A DNA stretch of 64,000 bases. Origin: Ascoidea asiatica JCM 7603 (taxonomy: Eukaryota; Fungi; Ascomycota). The notes beneath the pieces are model-generated. The model did not search any database. It saw only the letters and a list, made by a program, of their open reading frames with translations, and was not told the DNA's origin. The position numbers were made by a program, and so were the translations under genes. The DNA is taken from positions 108,611 through 172,610 of the forward strand of contig BCKQ01000014.1 of NCBI GenBank assembly GCA_001600695.1, read 5' to 3'. Below are positions 35,313-47,300 of the stretch, one piece after another (the stretch's first letter is position 1; every line of letters starts with the position of its first letter).

Positions 35313-35766
35313 CTATTAATCAAACTAAAAAAAACAATATCAATTCAAAGGAGTGATACTGATAGAGATACTGATAGTAGTGATAGTGATAGTGATAGTG
35401 ATATTGATAGTTTCAATGCTTCCAGTAGTCGAATTACGTAGGTATTAGTTTTTATCAGTAAACACAAGAAATAAAAATAAAATTTCAATCCCAAACGTTG
35501 AAAAAGATTTGATGAGTCAAAAGCAAAAATATTATAAAGCCCTCGAACCAGGGCTGCGAACTATAAATTTAGGACGGAATGTGACCTAAATATGAATAGT
35601 AATAGAGAGACCACTTTTACGGGGGTGATCGATCTTATTCTGTTATCACGATGAGGTTTGCTTAGCAGAAGAAGACAAGAAAAGAGAAAGAAAGACAAGA
35701 AAAATATGTTTATTTAAGCTACAAAATTATGATTATATATTCAAGTATCAGAGTGAAAGAGAACTA

Positions 35767-37527
35767 TTATGAAGAAGGCGGTGGAGGAGGAGGTGGCGGA
35801 GAGGGAGGACCAGGAGGAGGAGGAGCAGCACCTGTTGAAGGACTGACTTCTAAGAAATTGAAGTCAATGTCCGAAAATGATGGAGGTGGTGGTGGTGGAG
35901 CTAAAGAAGAATCACTTTCAATTCCAACAACCATTGAAGGTGGTGGTGGAGGTGGCATTGAAGGAAATTCTGAGCTTGTTGTTAATGGGAGAGGTAAAGA
36001 TGAAGATACTGGAGGAGCTGGTGGTTGTGGTAATTTACTTGATATTGGAGTTAAAGGAAGTGATGAAGGTGTTTTAAAATTTGAATTCGAATAATTATTG
36101 AAATTATTTACTCCATTGGATTTATAAGGTCCTGAATATTCTGAATTTCTTTGATAATTATTCCTCTGGCGATTTTGATAACGATCTTCTTGTTGATATT
36201 GATTATTATTATTATTACCAAATTGATTACCATATTGATTTTGATTACCATACTGTTTTTGATTATTGTATTGATTTTGATTACTATATTGATTTTGATT
36301 TCCAAATTGAGTACCATTACTATTACCATTATTATTGTTATAAGAAATATTTCTTCTTTTAAGTGCAGGTTCTCCATTTTCTTCACTTTTAGAATATGAG
36401 TTATATGCAAGTGTACCATTTTTTATTACTCCGTTATTAATTCCATTAATGCTACTATTATTACTATTATTATTAATACTATTATTTATATTGTTATTAT
36501 CTATTTTGAAATTAGAATTAGAATTAGGTAATTCACCATTTATATCATTCATCATTTTTTCAAATTCTAAATCTGCATCAGATTTAGAGTTTTTCAATAA
36601 ATCTGGATTATTCTTAAATTTACAATCTTTTGAAAGATGACCTTTATTATTACAAATTGAACAAATTATTAAATTAATTACATTTTTAGTATTTGGACAA
36701 TCATATCTTCTATGACCTAATTCACCACAATTTACACAAGGTCTATTTTCAGGTTCTCTTAAAGTACCATTTAAAGCTGCTAATTCTCTTAATTGACCTC
36801 TTTTTAAATCATTTTGACCTTCTGGAGTTGAAATTGCTTTATTTATTATATCTTGACATAATTCAATTGCTTTTTGTAATTTAGCATTAGAATCTGCAGT
36901 TATTAAAACATGTAATTCTTCTTCTAAATTATTTTTTCTTTCACTTATTGAAGATCTATTTTTACCTTCTTTAACAGAACCTTTACCTCTAATTGCAATT
37001 TTTGCACCAGAAATTGCTTGATTTTTTTTTGATGTATTACCTCTTGGACCTAATAATAAACCAATAAAATTTATTGAATAAGTTTTTGGTATAAATATTT
37101 TTTTTATAAATATTGTCTTTTTTTTATAATCAATTGGTGGTATAAATCCAGGAATTGAAATTAGAGCAAATTCAATCAATGAAGCTCTTTCATTTTCTAG
37201 TTTTTTTCTATATCTATATTCTCTTGTATTTGTTCTTCTTCCACTTGAATCATATTGTGGAGGAGGAGATGGACTTCTTGAAGGTGGAGGATGTAATTGA
37301 AAAAGAGAACATTTTAATTTTTGAGTTATTTCTTCAATTCTAAATATAGTTTGATAAGCTTCTAATTGTTCTACAGTAAGAGCACTAAAAATTTCAGTTG
37401 GTAAACCAATGTTTTTTAAAAGTGAATTATTTCTTGGAGTTGTCCATTTTTCTTCTGATCTTATTTGCTTCTCAGAAGATCTACCTCTGAAGTTATTGTT
37501 ATTAGTTTGAAAATTAGATGTATCCAT
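35767..37527 (-). CDS. MSL5: Branchpoint-binding protein / splicing factor 1 (KH-QUA2, two CCHC knuckles, Pro-rich tail)
   Basis: RSPSPPPQYDSSGRRTNTREYRYRKKLE, GLLLGPRG, KIAIRGKGSVKEG, QNDLKRGQLRELAALNGTLRE and two CxxC..H..C knuckles. The first ATG is at 37527. Confidence 0.93.
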   Translation of the reverse strand: MDTSNFQTNNNNFRGRSSEKQIRSEEKWTTPRNNSLLKNIGLPTEIFSALTVEQLEAYQTIFRIEEITQKLKCSLFQLHPPPSRSPSPPPQYDSSGRRTNTREYRYRKKLENERASLIEFALISIPGFIPPIDYKKKTIFIKKIFIPKTYSINFIGLLLGPRGNTSKKNQAISGAKIAIRGKGSVKEGKNRSSISERKNNLEEELHVLITADSNAKLQKAIELCQDIINKAISTPEGQNDLKRGQLRELAALNGTLREPENRPCVNCGELGHRRYDCPNTKNVINLIICSICNNKGHLSKDCKFKNNPDLLKNSKSDADLEFEKMMNDINGELPNSNSNFKIDNNNINNSINNNSNNSSINGINNGVIKNGTLAYNSYSKSEENGEPALKRRNISYNNNNGNSNGTQFGNQNQYSNQNQYNNQKQYGNQNQYGNQFGNNNNNQYQQEDRYQNRQRNNYQRNSEYSGPYKSNGVNNFNNYSNSNFKTPSSLPLTPISSKLPQPPAPPVSSSLPLPLTTSSEFPSMPPPPPPSMVVGIESDSSLAPPPPPPSFSDIDFNFLEVSPSTGAAPPPPGPPSPPPPPPPPSS

Positions 37528-38030
37528 TAATATATTAATTTTGACTGTTTCACGTAAGTTGAAGTTTATGCTTGAAATCAGCAAAAGAAGATGAGTAAGA
37601 AGAAGAAGAAGAAAAAGAAGAAGATCAAATTCACCTCAGTTATTTTTGTATTTTTTCTTTGTTTTTATTTTTTTTTCGTTTTCGATGCGGTTCGGAGGTT
37701 TTTCACGGAAAACGGTATTGGATTCCGTTATACAACCGGGGTGGAGACCAGAAACACGGAGCCGCTGCAGTTTGAAAAAAGTAAAAAATTTATCATGACA
37801 AAAAAGCGGTTTTTTGGTTGCTTTGAAAGTTAAAAAATCAAATCTTTTTCGGGAAAGTTTTAAATTTTTGAAATAATCAAGAAATATTACTGTAGAAGTA
37901 ATAATTGATTAGGTTAAAAGCTGTCAATGAATATCAGATTCATCTTCGTGAATTTTAATAATATATTGAAATAATTTAAAAGTTATTATTTGAAGTGTAG
38001 CGTATAATAGTAATAATAATAATAATAATA

Positions 38031-39938
38031 ATGACCACAAAACTGAGGTTAAGCTTTAGTGGAAATACAGATAAGATATCTAATGATATAATTTCACAAA
38101 TTGATTTGAAAAGTCTTAAAGAGACAAATTATAATAATGATGATTTAAATGATGATTTAAATGATGAATTCAATGAAGATTTGAATGATGAATTTGATAA
38201 TGATAGTGATTTTGGAATGAAACCTGTTAAAGGATTTGTTAAAAGAATACAAAAGACTAAAAAAAATAATGATAGTAAAAAAAGAAAAGCTGAAGAGGAT
38301 ATTGAAGGTCAATTAGATGGATCTGTGAAAAAAAAACATAAACACAAGCACAAGCATAAGCATGATCACGATCATAAACATAAGCACAAGAATAAACATA
38401 AACATAAACACAAGCATAAGCATAAACATAAACATAAAAATGAACATGAATCCGAAGAAAAAGATAAAGATAAAGATAAAGATAAAGATAAAGATAAAGA
38501 GAATGATATAGAAAAAGAAAATAATTTAGATATTGATAAAGTGAATGATATAAACAAGATAAGTGATATTGATAAAGAGAATAATATAAATAAGAAAAGT
38601 AATAATGATAAAGAAAATAATTTAAATAATGTTATTAAGAAGAATAAAGAAAAGGATCAAATAATAAAAGTAAAAATAACAGATTTAAAAGGAATAAAAA
38701 AAAATAAAATATTAAAAATTAAAGTAATAGAAAATGAAAATAATTATAAAGATTTAAATTTTGAAAAAGAAAGTAGTATAGATCTTAGAAAAAAAGAATT
38801 ACCAATACCTAAACAATGTTCAGAATTTCCATATAAATTTAATTTAGGTCAACCATGGTGGCAAGATAATGAAAAATCAATTGATGGACTTTCATATAAG
38901 AATATTAATGAATTAATAACTGGATTAATGATTGAATTTGAAAATGAAAATGAAAATGAAAATGGGAATGGGAATGATGATATTGACAATGATAATAGAA
39001 ATGAAAATGAAAATATAATTAAAAAAAAGACAGGAAAAAAAAAAGAAGAAAGAATGAATTATTCAATTGATGAAGAAGAAATAATAATTTTATTTATTGA
39101 TAATTATGTTAAAATGAATGAATTAAAAGAAGAAGATATTCAAGAAGCAATTTGGTCATTAAAAAGATTAGAAAATTTATGGAATGGATTAGCAAAATTA
39201 TTACCAAATCGTAAAAGAAATAGTATTATAAATCATGTACGTTTAATGTATTTAAAATGTCGTACAGGAAAATTTTCAGAAGAAGAAGATAAAATTTTAA
39301 TTGAATTAATTAAAATTTATGGATTTAAATGGAAACAATTTGGAATGGTTTTAAATAGATTACCAGATTCATTATTTAGTAGATGGAGAGATGGATTAAA
39401 AATTCGAGATACATTTCAAGAAGGTAGATGGAATAAAGAACTTGAACAACTTTTAAGAGTTGTTGTTAAAGATAATTATTTTAGAGATTCATCATGGGAA
39501 CCAAGAATTGAATGGAATAAAGTTACAGAAGAATTTGGTGGTATTAAATCAAGAAGATTTTTTATTAGAAAATGGAATTCAATGATTTCAAGAGATATTG
39601 AATATTTAAAAAAAAAAATTGAAAAAAATATAAATTTGAAAAAAATTGAAAAAATTGAAATTTGGATTATAATGAAAATTAAAGAATATAATTTTGAAGA
39701 TCAAATTAATTGGGATTTTTTAGTTAAAGATTATGGAGATAAAAAAGTTAATATAAAAGTTTTAAAAAATATTTTAGAAATTTTTAAATTAGAACATAAA
39801 ATTATGGAAAAAGATTTAAAAACATTATTGATAACTTTAGATTCATTACTTTTAAATGATGAATATGTAAAAATAGCGTCAGAAATTATCAAAGAAGGTC
39901 TAGTTAAAAATGGAGAAGACTATGAATGTTTTCTATGA
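38031..39938 (+). CDS. Reb1/Nsi1/TTF1-like Myb/SANT DNA-binding protein (divergent) with (HK)n and (DK)n tracts
   Basis: LWNGLAKLLPNRKRNSIINHVR, GKFSEEEDKIL..L...YGFKWKQFG..LNR, RWRD, GRWNKE and IEWNKVTE tandem Myb repeats. Confidence 0.7.
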   Translation: MTTKLRLSFSGNTDKISNDIISQIDLKSLKETNYNNDDLNDDLNDEFNEDLNDEFDNDSDFGMKPVKGFVKRIQKTKKNNDSKKRKAEEDIEGQLDGSVKKKHKHKHKHKHDHDHKHKHKNKHKHKHKHKHKHKHKNEHESEEKDKDKDKDKDKDKENDIEKENNLDIDKVNDINKISDIDKENNINKKSNNDKENNLNNVIKKNKEKDQIIKVKITDLKGIKKNKILKIKVIENENNYKDLNFEKESSIDLRKKELPIPKQCSEFPYKFNLGQPWWQDNEKSIDGLSYKNINELITGLMIEFENENENENGNGNDDIDNDNRNENENIIKKKTGKKKEERMNYSIDEEEIIILFIDNYVKMNELKEEDIQEAIWSLKRLENLWNGLAKLLPNRKRNSIINHVRLMYLKCRTGKFSEEEDKILIELIKIYGFKWKQFGMVLNRLPDSLFSRWRDGLKIRDTFQEGRWNKELEQLLRVVVKDNYFRDSSWEPRIEWNKVTEEFGGIKSRRFFIRKWNSMISRDIEYLKKKIEKNINLKKIEKIEIWIIMKIKEYNFEDQINWDFLVKDYGDKKVNIKVLKNILEIFKLEHKIMEKDLKTLLITLDSLLLNDEYVKIASEIIKEGLVKNGEDYECFL

Positions 39939-40785
39939 GAATTTTAACATATTGTATAAATTATTAATAAAATAAAATGAAATTAAGAATAAAATTAAGA
40001 ATAAAATTAAGAATAAAAATAGAATTAAGATTAAGAATACGAAGTTCACACATTCTTCAAAGCATTGTTTGGTCGTGGTCTGAGCAGTAACGCCACTTTC
40101 CGTGCCACTTTATCCCAATTAAAACACAAATGGCTATGTAATTAGGAACGAGGTGTACGAAACCACCGCCACCGACAACACCGCCTCTTCTGCTCTTCTG
40201 TGGCAGTGCCGGCGGCAAGCAAACCATCCTCGCCATCCTCGCCATCCTCCACTTTTGCCACCTCTGCCACCTTCTTTTGCCACCGTTTTCCTCCTTCTCA
40301 GCTGCGACTCAGAAAAACGATCCTTTCGTTGCTGTTGCTGTTGTTGTTTCTTCTTCTTCTTCTTCTTCTTCTTCTTCTTCTCCTTCTCCTGCTTGCAATA
40401 TCACCAGAATCACCTTCTTCTCATAGTTAACACCCCTTCATTTGAACTTACATTGTCTTAGTCTCTCTTTAATATACAAATATTCCAATATTCAACTATT
40501 GTTTCAGTCATGTTATGAGCATAAATTCAAATTCCCTCTTATATTTTAATGTAATATGAAATATTAAATATTACAATAAACATTATATTCTCTTCTATAT
40601 CCATTCATTAAATGAATTATTGATTATGAATATGAATAAATGAATTAATGAATTCATCTTTTATTAACTAGATTAATGTCCTTTACTTTACTTTACTTAA
40701 TTTAATTATTTCATCTTAATACTGGAGTAGTATATAATATATTATATTTTATTCAATTTCTAAATCATTTTTTCAATCTTTCATT

Positions 40786-40830
<45 letters not shown>

Positions 40831-40944
40831 GTATTATAAATTCTAATAATCCATTCATTCATATTCAATTAATATATTTAATATAAGATTAATATTAATA
40901 TATTTTATATTCAATTAATATATTATTAATCTTTTAATTTAAAT

Positions 40945-42213
40945 ATGTCTAATAATGATGAAAATAATAAAAAAAAAAATTTTAAAGTAAATTTTAAAGA
41001 AAATTTAAAAGAAAATTTTAAAGAAATTTCAAAAGAAAATCTGAAAGATCTTCAAAAAATAAGTAAAAAAAGAAGAAGAGCTTGTGATAGATGTCATGCA
41101 ATTAAACAAGTTTGTAGTGGTAATTCAATACCTTGTGATAGATGTAAAAGAATGAATTTACCTTGTACTTTTAATAGACCAATAAAAAAATTAGGTAGAC
41201 CAAGATTATCAACAAATAATTCTTTTAATAACATTAATAATAATATAAGTAATTTAAATTGTAATTGTAATCAATTCAATAACATTAATAACAATATTAA
41301 TAATAATATTAATAATAATAATTTAATAGTTAAACCAATTTTAAATAATCAATCAAAATTAAAAAAAAAAAAAATTAAATCTCTGTTAGAAATTTCAAAT
41401 ATTTCTCCATTTCAAAAAATTCAATCTTTTACTGATAATGAACATAAATTAAATCAAAATTTTAAAAATGATTTAATTAATTTAAATAATTTAAATAATA
41501 TCTCAGATTTATCAAATATTACAAAACTTGAAGATATTCCTGATATTCAAAATATTCCTGATATTCAAAATATTCCTGATATTCAAGACATTCAAAATAT
41601 TCAAAATATTCAAGATATTCAAGATATTCAAGAAATACAGGATATTAATCAAATTAATGATATTTCAGATATTCAAAATATTCAAAATATTCCATATCCT
41701 CCATTACCAACTTTATCAAATTATGAATATTTACCAATAAATCATACTGATTCTGTATCTTCTAAATCTTCTTTTTCAAATACTTCTTCTTCAATTGATT
41801 TATTAAATTCTTTTATTGATCCTTTTCAACCTCAATCTTTTACTTTACAATCTATTTTAAATCAAAATCAAAATCAAAATAATTCTTCATTATCTCCTTT
41901 ATCTTCTTCATCTATTTCAAATAATTCTAATAATTCAAATAATTCAAATATTTCAAATAACTCTAATAATTCTAATAATTCAAGTATTACAAGTTCTTTA
42001 CCATTATCTTCTAATAATGATACTTTAATAGATTCTTCAATATTATCTTCTTCACTCTTTATTTCAAATGATGATACTAATATCAACATCGATAACAATA
42101 ATAATGCCAATACTAATAGTAATATTAACTTCAGTTTCAATAATATGAATATAAGTAGCTCTAATTCAAATTATGATAATTTAAATCAAAATGATAATAT
42201 TAATAGTATGTTC

Positions 42214-42299
<86 letters not shown>

Positions 42300-43644
42300 A
42301 ATCATAATTGATAATATTAATAACAATAATTTAAATCCAAATCAAATTCAATCAAAAAAACAAATACAAAGACAAAATACCTTTAATCTAATAAATGATA
42401 TAACTTATAATACTAATTTAAGTTTTGATAATAATTTAATTATTAAAAACAATTTCACTCACAAAGAAAGATTTTTTTTAAATTATTTTATATCTGATGT
42501 TTCTTCTTCAATATTTTCTGATTCTTCTACAACAAATTTTTTCATGAATACTGTAATTCCATTAGCTGTAAATGATAATAAAATAAAATATCCTATTTTA
42601 GCTATTGCATCTTCATATTTAGCTAGTATTGATCCTCATAAATTTCATAGAGATTCTGTTTTATTCAAATCTTATTCTCAAGCTGCTTTAGTTAATCCAA
42701 CTTCAAAAACTGATTTTTATTTTTCAAATGAAGTTTTATTATCAATACTTTTATTAATTTTAATGGAAATTTTAAATGGTTCCTCATTATATTGGTCTGC
42801 ACTCTTGGAAAAAACCTTTTTGATAATTCAAGCAAGAGGTGGTATTAAAAAGTTATTAGGTTCTAACTCAAAGGATTATTCACCTCTATTAATACAACTT
42901 TTTTGTTATATGGATTTAATATCTTCATTAAGTACTTGTCATTCACCATATGTTGAAAAAACAAGTTCTAGTGATGCTTCAAAAACAACTTATAAGATTC
43001 CTTTTGATCCTCTGATATTTCAAAATCATTCTGAAATTCAAAATATTTTGAACTCAAAATTTGGTTTTAAGTTTGGTATAGCAGGAGAAATATTTCAATT
43101 ATTAGGAAATATTTCAACTCTTGCTTCATTGAGGAAATATCGTCATTTATCTGTTGAAAATGAACAGAATTTTTTGAAATTGGCTCAAGTTATTGAAACT
43201 AGATTAAATAATTGGACTTTACCAAGTTCAATGAATTTCTTAAACTATGATGATGTTTATAAATCTGAATATGCTGTTTCTCTTCAATGGGCTGCTTTCA
43301 TTAGATTACATCAAGTTGTCAGTGGTTATAATAGAAATGACGCAAAAATTAAAACATGCTTGCTGACAATATTAAGAGCAGTAAGTTCTATTCCAGAGGG
43401 TTCAGATCTTGAAACTGGTTTATTATTTCCATTAATAATGGCAGGCTCTGTAGCGATTAATCAAAATGATAGAGATTTCATTATTACAAGACTACGGAAT
43501 ATTAAAAAAAAATTGAAGTTTCCTTATGTGAAACAATTTGAAGAATTATTATTAAATGTATGGAGTAAAGATTATAATGAGGCTAATGATGTTAATTGGG
43601 CTTCAATAAGGTATTATGAATTTCCAGGTCTAGTAATGTTTTAA
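40945..43644 (+). CDS. Zn(II)2Cys6 transcription factor with a fungal-specific C-terminal TF domain
   Basis: RRRACDRCHAIKQVCSGNSIPCDRCKRMNLPC followed by KKLGRPR, and C-terminal LLFPLIMAG...DRDFI. Confidence 0.9.
41533..41695 (+). repeat. 9-bp coding minisatellite encoding (D/N)I(P/Q) tripeptides
   Basis: GATATTCCT, GATATTCAA and AATATTCAA units. Confidence 0.75.
42214..42297 (+). repeat. (AAT)n microsatellite encoding poly-Asn
   Basis: About 28 uninterrupted AAT units. Similar tracts occur in SAM50, the KTR gene, ADA1 and WOR3. Confidence 0.9.
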
Positions 43645-44369
43645 AAGTAAAATTACATGTGAATTAAAAGTCAGCCCCTTTTATTTTCAGCTTTGAATGA
43701 TATTCTTTAATTGCATTTAGTGAGATTTGTAAGCAATTCCTCATTTATGTTCAATTAAGAGAATGAACATTTTTATGCATCTAGAAAAAGAGGGATTAGA
43801 AACTTTTGTATTACATAGAACTTTTTTGTATCTTAACGTTCTTTTTTGCAATTATTTTTGTCAGCAGCAGCTTTTTTTTGTTAAAACACTTGCGGTGTTC
43901 GAGATGTATACTCTCAAGAATAAATAATTTAGCTTTTAATGTTGGCCCAGCTAGTAAGAGCAACATTATAGTAATTTAACTGAAATATTTGTTCTAAAAA
44001 GTATTTATTATAATTTTATGATAGAAATATAAGAAACCTCAAAGTGAGATTCAGAGTTGAAAGAAAGTTACAATCTTGAGGTTAAATTTTTTTACAAGAC
44101 CAAGAAAAAGTTTTTTGAGCCGAAAACAATAGACTGATTTAAATTATAAAAGAATACAATCGCAAACAAGAAAACAAGGTAATTGTTGAAATCATTTTGT
44201 CAATTTGAAAATAGGGAAAGTTATTATACAGATATACATTAGACTGATTTCTTAGAAACAGAAACAAAAACAATAAATATAATGAAGCAGTAATGAATAA
44301 CGAAAAAAAGGAAGAAAAAATAGTAAAGAAATCAATAATAAACATAACGATTGTAGTTTATCATTTAAT

Positions 44370-47300
44370 TTATGCAGCAAGCTGAGCAGCTTTGATATGA
44401 TTCATAAAAGTAGTGAAAGTTCTTTCGACCTCTGGAATTGATTTGGTAAAAGTTAACTCATTGAATCCATAGTCATTATTTTTTAACAATTCACTGAAAA
44501 CAACAACAAGACCCCATGGTTGAGGTTTGTAAGTAACCATTCTTTCTAATAAGACTCTTAAAATCAATTGTTGAATATCCTGCTTTTTACTTCCCCATGA
44601 ATTACTCTTAAAAAAATGTAAAATTAAATGAGTAAACCACAAAGTTTGGGCATTTGGATATCTTAAGTTATTAACAATAGCAGAGATAAGATGATATTGA
44701 ACTTCGGAAGAATTACTTTCACTAATCATATTAGATAACAAAGTAACATGAGATGATTTTGAGTTGTAAAATGGCTCAATATTAAGACGATCTTCAATTT
44801 CATTAATACCAACATATAGAACAATAGCATTAATCAATTTAACATCAACATTAGTTTGAGTGAAACCAATACCTGAATCTTTTTTTGTTGTAGATATTTT
44901 GATACTGCTTAAAATATTTTTTAGTAAAGGACTGAATGGAACTCTTAAATAATTGTCAATAGGTTTTTTCAAGCTTATTTTTAACAAATCATTACCTGGA
45001 TTTATAGCAATTAATGGAATTTCCTTTATTCCATCAATTTTTTCTATACCTTTCAAGGTTACTCCAAATGGATCAGGAACAGACTTTGTTTCACTAGAAG
45101 GCATAGCTGATAACACAATATTTCTTAACTGTAAGAAGCTTGGTGGAATGGAATAACAAAGAGGATAGTGATATTCAACTAAAAACTCTGGATAATCATG
45201 AAGTAAAACGATAAATATTTGAACAAGTCCTCTATAACTTGTTACAATATCCTCAGGAATATCCTTTCCTTTAATATGAGTAGATTGAAATCTCAAAAGA
45301 GACATAAACAAAGTAATGAGCTTTTTCCAGCTTTTTTTATCTGGAAATTCAAGCATAACAGGCAAGAATAATCGATGAGAGATTAAAGAAATCCAAGCAA
45401 ACATAAAAGCAGGAAACATTAGTGGTTGAAATGAATTGAAGACATCGGCCAAATATAAATATATAGAAAAATCTAAAGCAATAAAATCTTTCCTTTCTTT
45501 TTCTTCGACAATATCTTCAAAAGTTACTCTAATGTCACTCCATTCACTCAAAATAGCAGAAAAGAGCCTGAAATATGGTCTTTCATTGAATGTAGTTGGA
45601 TTGTTTTCATGATCGTAAGCAAATTCAAGAGAAATAATTGTCACAACTTGTTTGAAAAATTGCATTCTTCTGTCATTTTTTGAATCTTGCAAAATTACTG
45701 TTTTAATTATCAACTTTGCTAATGAATCTGTAACTGTAAATACATCATTAGTAACCCTATCTTTATTATTGATTTCAGTATCTCTCAAGAATGAAGATAC
45801 AGAATATTCAATAGCTGATCTGAAAAATGAGGTTAAATAGTCAGCTTTGCTGAAAACATTTTTTTCAAATAATTGATAGATGAAAGCATGTAAAAGATCA
45901 TCTTTCACATTAGGGTGCTGAGAGAGTCTAACCCACTCTGCAAATACATATCTCATTTGTTCTTTTAAAGTAATTTTAGAATCAGAAGATAATACGGGAC
46001 CAGTAGCTGATTTCAAATCATTCATCAACAATACAGCTGCTTGATTTTTAACATCCGAATTCTCCAAGACCTTTCGAATGGCATCAATACTTGAAGCAAA
46101 ATCTGAACGTAAAGATACTGGATTTGTTGAAAGTACAATATTCTCTACTAAGCTACTTGCAAAAGTGATCCCCTCAGCATCATTAGATTCAACCAAAGTA
46201 GTTAAAGAAGAATCAAGTTCTGCTGGAGAAATAATTCCAATCTTTAATAAACTTGTCATGACCTTTGGATTAAGTTTGCGTATATCATCGTTATGAAGAA
46301 GCCACCAATTTATATCTTTGGCAGTTGTGGGTGATAATTCACAAAGTTGAGAAAGAATAAAAAATAGAACCTCACAGCAAAAAACACTTTCAAATTTAGA
46401 AAAAATGCATTTAATGATATATTCAGCAATTTTTGTATGGATTTGCTCACTGTTGATTCTTATAGTTGCACACATTGCTAGAATTTCATTTGCCTTTAAC
46501 TTCATTATGTGATCTGAAGGTAATTCCAAAAATTTAGTTTGTGACTTCATATCTTTCAAACTGTTTACTAAAACATCAATGGTTTTACATAATGAAGAAA
46601 CCACATTTGCAGCAGAATTTGCTTCTGTTTGAGGAGCTAATTCTTGTGCTTGGGGTACCGGAGTACTTGTTACATTTTGAGGATTGTTATTAGGGACGTA
46701 CGCATCAAAAATTGGAACACCATTTACAATCTTCTTTATCACTTGTGGAGAATTTTGAATAGGGACATTAGATTTTAGCATTTGTGGAGTCATTGACATC
46801 TGAGTTTGCTGACGTTGGGCTGAATGAACCAAACGGCCTTTACCGAAATTTTGATATACAGAAAGCTGCTGCTCTGTAAGGCCTCCAATCTTTAATCCTA
46901 GTGGTGAAGGTAAGTCAAGGGCATATTGAGAAGCATTCTGAGAGAAAAAAGGTTGATTTTGCATTTCGGCTTTGTACTGGCGACGTAATAATACTTGAGA
47001 GACTAATCTGTGTTCAACTTCATGAGAGGCCTTAAATACAGCAGCATTTTGAACAATCTCCAAAATTCCATCTATATTATCGCCGACAGCAATATTTAAT
47101 TGAGATTCATGCTCGGAATAAGAATTTCCTAACAAATTCATTGCAAGAGCATTCATTTTTTCAATAATAGCATCTCTACATGTAGTATGAGTGAATTCGT
47201 AAGTAACAGATCTTACATGGTTTCTAGCAGCAACAATTAACTTATTATCATCAGGTTCTAAGGCAAAATCCTTTTCTACTAAAGTTAAAGCAGTTGTAAC

